Shown here: piece by piece, positions 11,792 to 23,447 of the stretch
Layout of the letters: every line of letters begins with the position of its first letter
How positions within the stretch are numbered: position 1 is the stretch's first letter
From: Entomortierella parvispora E1425
Lineage: Eukaryota; Fungi; Mortierellomycota
NCBI GenBank assembly: GCA_020891255.1
Contig: BQFW01000001.1
Span: 992,001 to 1,056,000 of the forward strand
Reading direction: 5' to 3'
Length of the DNA stretch: 64,000 nt
Notes under the pieces: model-generated
What the model saw: only the letters and a program-made list of their open reading frames with translations
Database searches by the model: none
Told to the model about the DNA's origin: nothing
Translations under genes and position numbers: made by a program

Positions 11792-12848
11792 TGTGGTGTA
11801 GTAGATGTGGAGTCCCGATCCACATCAATCGGAGTAGATATACATTTTCAGTAGCATTTATTATTTTGTTTAGTTTCAGTTTTTTTTCTATAAAGAAGGG
11901 AGCAAAATCCATTTTGCTCCTGGTTGCCTTTTTCCTTTACGATTCCTGCCAGTACACTTTTGTTGAACCCTTCAGAACACAAACACACATCCCCCCCTTC
12001 CTGCCCGATATCCCCTTTGCAGCAGCAGCAAGCTCGACGCCTTAATTCCGATTGCTGAGACTATTAGTAGCTAGTCTAAACCTCCTCCCCTTACCTTTGG
12101 ATATCACAGACCTATTGCGTTCTGTTGATCGACCTTGTACACTCACAAGTTACGATCTTCCCCGTCCTCGACAAGTCCCGTCAAGAACCTCGGCCAACCA
12201 GTTCTCCGTGTCCTTGCTCACTTACGAGGTACCAACAATGTCTTGTCTCTTTTGAGTGGACTTGTACGATCTTGGCATCCCACCCTGAGGCCTTAACTGG
12301 CGCTTGGGCACCCTGAGACCTTAACTGCCTTAACTGGTGCTTGGGAACCTCCCTTATCTTCTCGTCGCCTTCCCTCGAGTCCCTCCTGAACCCTCAGTTA
12401 GGCGGCCTTGTCCCCTTTCCCTGGATAGAATACTTCTAGCCTTGCTCTTACTGATTAGATCCCTTCAATCCTCCCTTGTTGTTGTTATTAGTTAGTATAG
12501 TACCTAGTGTTCGCCTCCGTAGTTGTTTATTCTCCTGTTTGGTTACCATTAGGACGTGCTTAGCTCATTGGTATGTCCTTATTAGTCTCCTTTCAGTTTC
12601 GTTCCTGCTTATATCGTGATCCTGTTGCTCATTCTCCTCCTCCTGTCTATCCAGTTCATTCTCTCGAGATTGTATCTGATCATATAGCAGTGCTGTGCTT
12701 GATCCTTGTGGCACAGAGAGCAAAGTCCCTATCATATGTAAGCAGCGAGCTTTGTTCGTTATTATTCTTTTCGTTATCATTTTCATCTCCAGCCTTTGCT
12801 GACGTTAGACTATACTTACTTTAGACAACATCACACCCGAAGCCAATT

Positions 12849-12866
12849 TGGTGGAGAACCTGGGCA
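12849..12866 (+). promoter_or_regulatory. Putative PBS of E (TGGTGGAGAACCTGGGCA), tRNA-Ala-like, 13 nt downstream of the LTR
   Basis: TGGTGGAGA is complementary to the typical tRNA-Ala 3' end ...TCTCCACCA. The cognate tRNA was not verified. Confidence 0.6.
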
Positions 12867-13015
12867 ATTACAAGCCCTCCCGTCTGAGATTAAAGAGAAA
12901 CTCTTCTTCTTTCCGATATCAACTTGAAACCAGTCTTCATTGGATTCCAACATGACCCCCGCGCAGCTCCGATAGTATCTCCGCGGACCGGTCCCCAGCC
13001 GCATCCACTAGCAGC

Positions 13016-14487
13016 ATGGAGAGTAGTGTGCCGGATATGCGTCCAGAAGGAGAGATCCCAGGTCACCTCAAAAACACACCTGAAATGTTTGTAGCCACGG
13101 ACAGAGAGAAATGGCTGATGGAAAGCACCCTTAGCAGGATGGAGAGCATGCTGTTGAACGTGCTGAAGCGTACGGAATTGGCAGCCGCTAATCGCCATCC
13201 CGAGTACGCTCAAACTGCCGATCCAGGACCAATCCCTGAATCCCACTCCCTCGTTACCGACGACTCAGCCGACCAGCCATTTCTCGACCCCCTTACAGGC
13301 CCTCTAACTTTGCCGACGGAAGGAGTCGAGAACGACTCGAACGTCCTTGGTCACGTGACGAACGCCCTCATGATCAGTATCGGACGCCTCCCAACGACTT
13401 CCATGGCAAGAAAGAACCTCGTGTATGTTCGGCTGGAAAGTTCAATCCTAAGAAACATAAAGCAGAGGTATGGCTGCATCAGTACCAATTGTGGGCTGGA
13501 ACGCAATTTACCAACATGAACCCACATACGGCCGCCTCTCGTACCATCGAATCGTTTGGAGCATCCATGGGAACAGACGAAACACAGGCATGGTTTGTAT
13601 ACTTTCTCGAAAATAACCGGGAGGTTCGCCCCGAAGGCCTCTACGAGGATTTCCGCAATACCTTCATGTCCGTTCGTGATCAGTTGCTCTCAGGATCCTT
13701 GGCGCAGTTGGACAAGTGCAAGCAGACAAAGAAAGAGTCGGTCCAGGCCTTCAACATCCGTTTTAGGATCCTAAACGAACAATATCAACAGGCTACTCGA
13801 CAAGGACTTGGTGTGTATGATGAAGCAGGCGTACGCAAAGCTTATCTCAAGAACTTGTTCCTTCCTGACATTGCCAAGGAGGTCCATCACCAGAACAAGC
13901 TTGAGGATATGATGGAGGAGGCCCATAAATGCTCTCGCAAGATGTACGAGTTGTATCTGGTACGACATAACGAGGAAACGGACGATACCGATGATGAAAG
14001 CGAGTCCAGCGATGATGACGATGATAAGAACCCGACTGCTAAGGACAAGCAAAAGAAGAAGGACCCGTTAGATGACCGTGGCAAATCTGAATCAAAGGCC
14101 GTCGGCTCCCCGTCCGTGAAACGCGACACCAAATCCTTTACCTCTGCCAAAAACAACTCGACTCAGAAGAATTTAGCTTCCAAGGACGACATCGAAGCTG
14201 TCACTCAGGAGCTGGACCGCCTGAAAATCCTCATCAGTAAGAGTAATCGAGTTACTCCTAGACCGGCTGGACCGCCCACCACTCGGTACTCAGGCGAGAA
14301 GAACCCCATGTCTGAGAGACAGTGTTACAATTGCCAACAGTTGGGACATATAGCCCGAGATTGCCCCGCGCAGAAGACACCTCAAACTTTGTTGGTCGAA
14401 GCCAGGATCGATGAAGGCGCTGGAGTTGAGGATTTCGACGTTCGCTGTTATTTCTTCGGATTTGTTGAAGTCGAAGTGGATTTTTAG
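13016..14487 (+). CDS. gag: Gag of E (one frameshift near 13200-13240)
   Basis: The gag frame is open from ~13240 to 14487 with CYNCQQLGHIARDC. The upstream ORF 13016-13519 probably supplies the N-terminus. Confidence 0.75.
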
Positions 14488-17400
14488 AAGGGGACCATGG
14501 AGAGACTCCAAACCATGAACCCCCTGACCCTATCCATGGAGAAAACACAGAAGAAGTAAGCGTACTGGTTGCTACTCGTCCCACTACCCGCAACCCTACC
14601 AGCTCGTTACCGTATGCAAAAGCGCCGCCGCCTCGAGGAGTGCCTCGCCCCAACGCTGCCACCCAAGTCCTGAAAAGACCACCTGCCATGACTACACGTG
14701 TTGGCCCATCTGCCATGTCGCATGTCAAAGCCCTCCAACATGCTGCGGCCAAGGCTCGCTCGATGGATGTCGATCCTCCTCCTCGACGAGAGATGATGAC
14801 CGCAGTGGAGATTCCCATCAAGCCCAAGGAGAGTGTCCCAAGTTCCATTGAAGGTCCATCTGCTGCGGAAAACTTGGCCCGGCTCGAACGAACCATCGCT
14901 GCACAAGATGCAATCAAGGCAACGAAGGGAATTGAGAGAGATGGGCGAGATGAGATGGAGGCGGACGACTCAGATGGCGGATTACGAAGGATGATGGTGC
15001 CGCCGAAGGAAAGTCGAAAAGTAATGGAGACAAGAAAAGTGAATGGAGGAAGAGATGATGGAACGAGCATGCGTGCGTCATCGGCCAAGAAGATCACATG
15101 GGAGGAAAAAGACCAGTCACGGCCACCCTCGCCCGAAAAGAAAAAAGAGAGCCGCAAGAACGACAAAAAAGGGGAGCAAAAGAAAAAAAAAACGGACGGA
15201 CCGGATCTTACCCTCGAGTCAGATGAGGCGTTTTTGAAGTCGTTACCCAATCCTATCGTGTTGCAGTTGAAGCAGAAACCTTTTGACATCCGTCAGTGCT
15301 TACGAACCACCAAAGTCGAAGGCTTAACCATCGGGCAACTGATGGAGTTGTCACCCAGCATTAGACGGACTGTACAAGCCTCGCTGAAAACTGTGCCGCG
15401 CGAGGAGCGAGTCCTACTCACTCAAGAATATCCCTCGTTATTACTGGGCGAGTCCGAAATAGAAGAGCTACGTGTTTTTCTGAACCGAGTGGAACGATCC
15501 AAAACCGACACCCATGGATTCAGAGCTGCCATCATGGGAACCAAGTGCGAGATTTTGTTGGATGGTGGCTCCTGTGTCAATGTTATCCGTCGTGGATTTC
15601 TCGATCAAATCGGGATAACCAACCACACACCTTACTCGTCATTTTCGTTGAAAGGTTTGACTGGAAACGCTGGAGTTGCTGGAGAAGCTCCGGGCGTTCC
15701 TATCGACATTCAAGGTATCATGATTCCAGCGGGCTGCGTGATTGTGGATTCTGTCGACTTCGATATTTTGTTGGGGCCGCCCATTTCTCGAGGCTTGCAG
15801 CGGATACACAAATTGGTCTACTGCTATCACTACCTTGCATGTCCAAGGATTCAAGGTCACAATTGATGGTCGCGCCCGCACCCTTCCGATCGTTTCTCGC
15901 GTTGACAACCAAGACGATACGAGTGAATCCGAAGCCGAACTCAGCGAAGACACGTCCGAGGATTCAGGTACCGATAACGAAGCGTCCTCCACCAGCGAAA
16001 AAGAAGATGGGGATGAAGGATACGCCCTCCTTATTCGAAACATCCAGGAAGGGAGGGTAGAGCGCACTACCGTGGAACAACTCAAGCAGGACGATGCCAA
16101 GGGAGACATTGTCAATTGTTGGTTTTTGCAAGCGGTTTTCCCAGAACCCCCTATTCCGGATGGTCGTCAACCTGTATCATGTCTCTCCGTTGTGGATGCT
16201 TCCCACCCGTCACCATCTGCTGAAATCAGTTCTATCTTCGACGCTTCTCCGATCATGGTGAATGACTCCTATGGTTTCCACCTGGAAGCACCACGTTGCC
16301 GAGACCGGTTGACTAACACTCCGGTCATGTTGCTGCCTGGTTTGGAGGAACGATCAGTGTATGTGGGAGACATACCGGAGGTGCATGATAATTTATCAGA
16401 AATTCGACGTATTTTCCAGAAACATGAGGAATGCTTTCCAAAGGAGGGCGAGATGTCAAGGACTCTGAACGCTGATATGTTGGAAGCACCCGCTTCTTTC
16501 CACCTCAAGCCTGGCTCAAAGTTTCCGCGTGCGTACAACAAGAAATATTCACCGGGTCAGATAACCACTTTATGTGAATATCGCGATCAAATGGTCAAGG
16601 CTGGAAAGATGAGGCGATCCAGCTCTCCTGCCTCCTGCAATCCGCTCTTAATACAAAAGAAGGATAACTCCTATCGGGTATGCGTTAATTTCATACCAGT
16701 CAACAAGTTGATTGCACCTATGGCATGGCCGCTACCGGATCCCATCACCGAGATATACAAGTTGCAAGGATGCGAGTTTTTGTCATTTTGGGATTGCAAA
16801 GATGGGTATCTTCAATCACCTATCGCCGAAGACAGTCGCTTCCTCACCGCCGTCGCCTTTCCGGATGGATTATACGAGTATAACGTATTGCCTATGGGAT
16901 TGATCGATTCTATGCAATGGTATACTCGCCACATGGGCGAGGTCTTCAGCACAATCAAGGAACGACTAGGGAATTTCGTGGACGACATGGCTACAGGCGA
17001 CGGCACCTTTCATCTCCATTTCCGCACCGTTGAAGAAGTGCTAGCCCGCATGGATATGTTCAACGGTTCGTTTTCAGGCAAGAAATCGGCGTTCTTTGTC
17101 AAACAGCGCGAGTTCTTGGGAAGGATTGTAGGAGATAGTCGGATCTCTGCGGACCCCAAGAAGCTATTCAAGATGGAATATTGGCCCGTGCCTCAGAATG
17201 TCACTGAACTACGCGGTTTCGTTGGTTTTGCTTTATTTTTGTGTGATTTCATATCCAACTTTTTCTGCAATGGCTGCCCCATTGTTTCCTCTGTACAAAT
17301 TGCACAAGGATCCAAACGCTTTTGTGGAAAAATGGATGTCAGATCCCAAATATATGAAAGCCTTCCGCGATATTCAGGTTGCTCTGGTCACCGCTCCAGT

Positions 17401-19178
17401 TCTAATTATGATGGACCATAAGAGACCGGTTATTATATCCGCTGACACGTCGGATTTCGCCACAGGGCATGTGGTTGCTCATTGTCTGAACCCAGAAGAT
17501 GACGATCGGATCGATATCAACGTCAAATATCAGCCCATTGTTTTTGGAAGCCGGAAATTATCGGGGGCCGAGTCTCGTTATTTTGCCACGGAGCGCGAAT
17601 TGCTAGGACTAGGGTATTGCCTCGTCAAGCACAGTCATCTGTTAGAAGGGAAGGAGATTCATGTCTTCATCGACCATCGGGCGTTGTTATACATGCATAA
17701 CCTTTCTTCGAGGAGCGCGCGACTCACTCGGTGGACATTAATCATCGCCCAATACCGGGTTACCATTCATCATCGACCCGGGCGGGACATGAAAGACTCC
17801 GATCCTTTATCTCGCATCCATCACAAGAATGTCACTGGGGAGGATCTACCGGACCTTGGGGTGGAGGAAGCCATTGAGATACAAGAAAACAAGAGGTTGA
17901 TGAGCACTTTGCTCATCTCGGAGGACCAAGAGCCATTCGTCTCAATTGTGGCTGCGTTACAAGGAGATCCTTTGACCTATTTGGACAAAAAATTCAAGGG
18001 GCAAAATTATGAGCATGCTACCCAAGTATTTTGTTGCTCAAGGTCGTCTATTCAAGCGCACGCCTGGCGGCATGCCTCGCCAATACGTGCCGCCTGGAGA
18101 AGTATCTAGGGTGTTAGAACGCGCTCATGGATCCACCATCGTCGGGCATCTGGGCGTAGTTTCGACCTATACTCTCATCGCCGAGGGATACTTCTGGCCT
18201 GGGATGTACAAGGACGTTAAGGAACACTTATCCAGCTGTGATGCATGTCAACGGTATCAGGCACGAGACCCCACCCGATATCGTTTCCATCGCATACCTC
18301 CGCCTCGAACTATCTTTGAGACTGTGGGACTAGATGCCGTCGGACCTTTGCCAATGTCCAATGGAAAGAGATTCGTTTTAAACATGGTGGATTATCTCTC
18401 CGGATGGGTTGTGTCCGTTGCATTGTCATCCTTGGCTGGAAACCTAGTCTTGCGAACAGTTGAAAAACATTGGGCGATGCAATATGGCCATCCTAAACGT
18501 ATCATCACGGATAATGGATCATCGTTGTCCGCAGGAGTCTTCAAAGCATGGTGTATCAAGCATATGATCGATCTGGATCCAGCTTCTGCATATCATGCAC
18601 AGACCAACGGAATGGTAGAGCGGTATAATGGTTTCATGGTGCGTCAAATGGCCCGTATCATCCAGCACGATGGATTACCAGAGAATGCGTGGGCTACCAT
18701 TCTGGATCGTGTTACCTGGACTTGGAGGACCCAGATCAAACAGACCCGGGGGGTTTCACCGTTCGAGATCCTTTTTGGGCAACGAGCCCGCCTTCCCTGG
18801 GATATCGATCTTAACCACAACATGGACTTGGAAGAACGTGAAGAGGTGGATGAGGAGAGACGGGAAATCTTGGGAGTTTTACGCGCGGAGGTTCATCAAA
18901 GGATCATAAATGAGCACAAATGGTCCACCGATGCAGCCGACCTCCCTCCCCCTCGACAGTACGAAGTTGGAGATGAGGTACTAGTACATCAATCCGCGCT
19001 TCTCAAGCAGTGGAGCGGTAAGCTCTCACCCAGATGGAAGGGACCTTACGTTATTGTTGAAGCTTTGCCCGGAGGAGCCTATCGATTGAGTGAAAAGATC
19101 GATGGACAATGGCATCGATATTATGGAGGTCGACCCGTTAACCACAGTCGCCTTAGACCGTATAAACGAACGACCTAG
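14478..19178 (+). pseudogene. pol: Pol of E (long N-terminal extension-PR-RT-RNaseH-INT), -1 frame relative to gag, three internal 1-nt shifts
   Basis: PR LLDGGSCVN, RT FWDCKDGY and FVDD, RNase H ADTS...FIDH, integrase HHCC/DDE (GLDA, TDNG, GMVER) and GPY. No chromodomain. Slippery G GAT TTT at 14478-14484. Confidence 0.88.
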
Positions 19179-20300
19179 TAGGATATGGGGATCAGCCCAC
19201 CAGAGACACTCACTGGCTTGCTCTCACATAGGAGGATGTGAGAAAGAGACCCTGGGATCGGTGTGGTGTAGTAGATGTGGAGTCCCGATCCACATCAATC
19301 GGAGTAGATATACATTTTCAGTAGCATTTATTATTTTGTTTAGTTTCAGTTTTTTTTTTCTATAAAGAAGGGAGCAAAATCCATTTTGCTCCTGGTTGCC
19401 TTTTTCCTTTACGATTCCTGCCAGTACACTTTTGTTGAACCCTTCAGAACACAAACACACATCCCCCCCTTCCTGCCCGATATCCCCTTTGCAGCAGCAG
19501 CAAGCTCGACGCCTTAATTCCGATTGCTGAGACTATTAGTAGCTAGTCTAAACCTCCTCCCCCCCTTACCTTTGGATATCACAGACCTATTGCGTTCTGT
19601 TGATCGACCTTGTACACTCACAAGTTACGATCTTCCCTGTCCTCGACAAGTCCCGTCAAGAACCTCGGCCAACCCGTTCTCCGTGTCCTTGCTCACTTAC
19701 GAGGTACCAACAATGTCTTGTCTCTTTTGAGTGGACTTGTACGATCTTGGCATCCCACCCTGAGGCCTTAACTGGCGCTTGGGCACCCTGAGGCCTTAAC
19801 TGGTGCTTGGGAACCTCCCTTATCTTCTCGTCGCCTTCCCTCGAGTCCCTCCTGAACCCTCAGTTAGGCGGCCTTGTCCCCTTTCCCTGATAGAATACTT
19901 CTAGCCTTGCTCTTACTGATTAGATCCCTTCAATCCTCCCTTGTTGTTGTTATTAGTTAGTATAGTACCTAGTGTTCGCCTCCGTAGTTGTTTATTCTCC
20001 TGTTTGGTTACCATTAGGACGTGCTTAGCTCATTGGTATGTCCTTATTAGTCTCCTTTCAGTTTCGTTCCTGCTTACATCGTGATCCTGTTGCTCATTCT
20101 CCTCCTCCTGTCTATCCAGTTCATTCTCTCGAGATTGTATCTGATCATATAGCAGTGCTGTGCTTGATCCTTGTGGCACAGAGAGCAAAGTCCCTATCAT
20201 ATGTAAGCAGCGAGCTTTGTTCGTTATTATTCTTTTCGTTATCATTTTCACCTCCAGCCTTTGCTGACGTTAGACTATACTTACTTTAGACGACATCACA

Positions 20301-20864
20301 CCGTCAACATTGAGTTCATCTCCTTTTGCGTGTGCATAAAAGTCAAAGCACGATGGTCAGTAAAGAGCGTGAAACAACGACCCCACAGGTAATAATGAAG
20401 CTTTTTTAACGCAAAGACAATAATGGCCAAAAGCTCACGCTGCGTGGCGGAATAATTCCTTTCACTTGGTTGCAATGAGCGTGCAACAAATGATACGTAC
20501 CGAATATTCTTCGGTTCATCTTCTCCTCCTGGTAGCTGGTACAGTACTGCTCCAATGCCATAGTTCGATGCGTCCATGGCCACATAAAATGGCTGACTGA
20601 AGTCTGGGAAATGTAAAATTGGCGCTTGCACCAATAAGTTTTTTAAAGTGTTGAAGCACTTCAACTGGAGTTTGTTCAGCGTGAACGTTCCTGGTTCATT
20701 TCTCAGTGCATCTAATGGTGCTGCTACCGTGCTGATTAATGGGACGAATTCTCTAAAGAAATTAAACGTTCCCATATACGACATTACCTGCTTGCCTGTC
20801 GTAGGTGCCTTCCATTCATCGATGTTCGCCAATTTGTTGGGGTCAACTCTCTTCCCATTGACGT
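20301..20864 (-). pseudogene. Element F, RT end and RNase H fragment
   Basis: VDPNKLANIDEWKAP...MDASNYG...FTDH. Confidence 0.88.
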
Positions 20865-21903
20865 TGTGATGTTGTCTAAAGTAAGTATAGTCTAACGTCA
20901 GCAAAGGCTGGAGGTGAAAATGATAACGAAAAGAATAATAACGAACAAAGCTCGCTGCTTACATATGATAGGGACTTTGCTCTCTGTGCCACAAGGATCA
21001 AGCACAGCACTGCTATATGATCAGATACAATCTCGAGAGAATGAACTGGATAGACAGGAGGAGGAGAATGAGCAACAGGATCACGATGTAAGCAGGAACG
21101 AAACTGAAAGGAGACTAATAAGGACATACCAATGAGCTAAGCACGTCCTAATGGTAACCAAACAGGAGAATAAACAACTACGGAGGCAAACACTAGGTAC
21201 TATACTAACTAATAACAACAACAAGGGAGGATTGAAGGGATCTAATCAGTAAGAGCAAGGCTAGAAGTATTCTATCCAGGGAAAGGGGACAAGGCCGCCT
21301 AACTGAGGGTTCAGGAGGGACTCGAGGGAAGGCGACGAGAAGATAAGGGAGGTTCCCAAGCACCAGTTAAGGCCTCAGGGTGCCCAAGCGCCAGTTAAGG
21401 CCTCAGGATGGGATGCCAAGATCGTACAAGTCCACTCAAAAGAGACAAGACATTGTTGGTACCTCGTAAGTGAGCAAGGACACGGAGAACGGGTTGGCCG
21501 AGGTTCTTGACGGGACTTGTCGAGGACAGGGAAGATCGTAACTTGTGAGTGTACAAGGTCGATCAACAGAACGCAATAGGTCTGTGATATCCAAAGGTAA
21601 GGGGGGGAGGAGGTTTAGACTAGCTACTAATAGTCTCAGCAATCGGAATTAAGGCGTCGAGCTTGCTGCTGCTGCAAAGGGGATATCGGGCAGGAAGGGG
21701 GGGATGTATGTTTGTGTTCTGAAGGGTTCAACAAAAGTGTACTGGCAGGAATCGTAAAGGAAAAAGGCAACCAGGAGCAAAATGGATTTTGCTCCCTTCT
21801 TTATAGAAAAAAAAACTGAAACTAAACAAAATAATAAATGCTACTGAAAATGTATATCTAGTCCGATTGATGTGGATCGGGACTCCACATCTACTACACC
21901 ACA
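20865..21903 (-). repeat. Solo LTR D3, TSD ACGT
   Basis: Complete D LTR with ACGT at 20861-20864 and 21904-21907. The F reading frame resumes on both sides. Confidence 0.95.
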
Positions 21904-22576
21904 ACGTCAATGATGAATCCCAATAAGGCCACCTGAGTGCAAACCTGCACTTGTCTCCGTTGATGATAAGATTCGCCTCTGTCAGTCTCTCGATGACAAT
22001 CCTGACATGCTCAGCGTGCTCCGCCTTGTTCTTTGAAGCTATCAGGATATCATCAATGAAATTCCTAACGAATTTTAGATCTCCAAGAATTCTACTCATT
22101 CCTCTTTGAAACAATGACGATAACGGTTTGAGTCCGAAAGGCGCCTTCTTAAACATGTATTGAACTCCTCCATGCATGAATGCTGTCAAATTTCTGTCTG
22201 CTGCATGAATTGGTAGCCTGTGGTATGCTTGTCTGAGATCAATCGTCGTGAAAACTTCGTTGCCTCCCGCAAAGTTCATAATATCTGATATCAGTGGGAC
22301 AGGGAAATTGTCATCCGGTAAATAGGCGTTTAACGGCCTTGGATCCAAGCATACACGATACAGTGTTTTGTTCCCTTCCAAATCCTTTTTTGCTGCGAGC
22401 GTCAAAGTATTGTTGTATCTGTTTCCAGCTGGTGCTAACATGATCACATCGTCCTTTATCCATGCTTCCACTGCTGCATCCAGAATTGGAACCTGCGACG
22501 CTGCAAATACTCGTGGTCTTCTATACAGTTCTACTCCTTCTGGTACTGCTAAAAATACCTTCATTTCTGGTATCGG
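21904..22576 (-). pseudogene. Element F, RT fragment
   Basis: RVCLDPRPLN...IDLRQAYH...FIDD. Confidence 0.9.
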
Positions 22577-23447
22577 TGTGATGTTGTCTAAAGTAAGTAT
22601 AGTCTAACGTCAGCAAAGGCTGGAGGTGAAAATGATAACGAAAAGAATAATAACGAACAAAGCTCGCTGCTTACATATGATAGGGACTTTGCTCTCTGTG
22701 CCACAAGGATCAAGCACAGCACTGCTATATGATCAGATACAATCTCGAGAGAATGAACTGGATAGACAGGAGGAGGAGAATGAGCAACAGGATCACGATA
22801 TAAGCAGGAACGAAACTGAAAGGAGACTAATAAGGACATACCAATGAGCTAAGCACGTCCTAATGGTAACCAAACAGGAGAATAAACAACTACGGAGGCG
22901 AACACTAGGTACTATACTAACTAATAACAACAACAAGGGAGGATTGAAGGGTTCTAATCAGTAAGAGCACGGCCAGAAATATTCTATCCAGGGAAAGGGG
23001 ACAAGGCCTCCTAACTGAGGGTTCAGGAGGGACTCGAGGGAAGGCGACGAGAAGATAAGGGAGGTTCCCAAGCACCAGTTAAGGCCTCAGGATGCCCAAG
23101 CACCAGTTAAGGCCTCAGGATGCCCAAGCGCCAGTTAAGGCCTCAGGATGGGATGCCAAGATCGTACAAGTCCACTCAAAAGAGACAAGACATTGTTGGT
23201 ACCTCGTAAGTGAGCAAGGACACGGAGAAGTGGTTGGCCGAGGTTCTTGACGGGACTTGTCGAGGACGGGGAAGATCGTAACTTGTGAGTGTACAAGGTC
23301 GATCAACAGAACGCAATAGGTCTGTGATATCCAAAGAGGAGGAGGTTTAGACTAGCTACTAATAGTCTCAGCAATCGGAATTAAGGCGTCGAGCTTGCTG
23401 CTGCTGCAAAGGGGATATCGGGCAGGAAGGGGGGGATGTATGTTTGT

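Larger units (their letters stand above)
11792..20300 (+). mobile_element. Full-length Ty3/Gypsy element E (8.5 kb, ~1.04-kb D LTRs, no chromodomain), 4-bp TSD CCGT
   Basis: LTRs 11792-12835 and 19262-20300 (TGTGGTGT...ACATCACA). CCGT at 11788-11791 and 20301-20304. The RNase H of F is continuous across the insertion. Confidence 0.92.

Noticed and set aside
11792-12835. Recurrent 60-140 aa ORFs in C, D and H LTRs (e.g. MLRLLVASL..., MKMITKR..., MGWGSVV...)
   Set aside because: They recur only because the LTRs recur. They have no recognisable motifs and change frame with homopolymer length between copies.
14258-15289. 343-aa antisense ORF in E and similar antisense ORFs in A, G and I; possible env or extra gene
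   Set aside because: Shadow frames of gag/pol. There is no TM or signal pattern and no extra ORF between INT and the 3' LTR.
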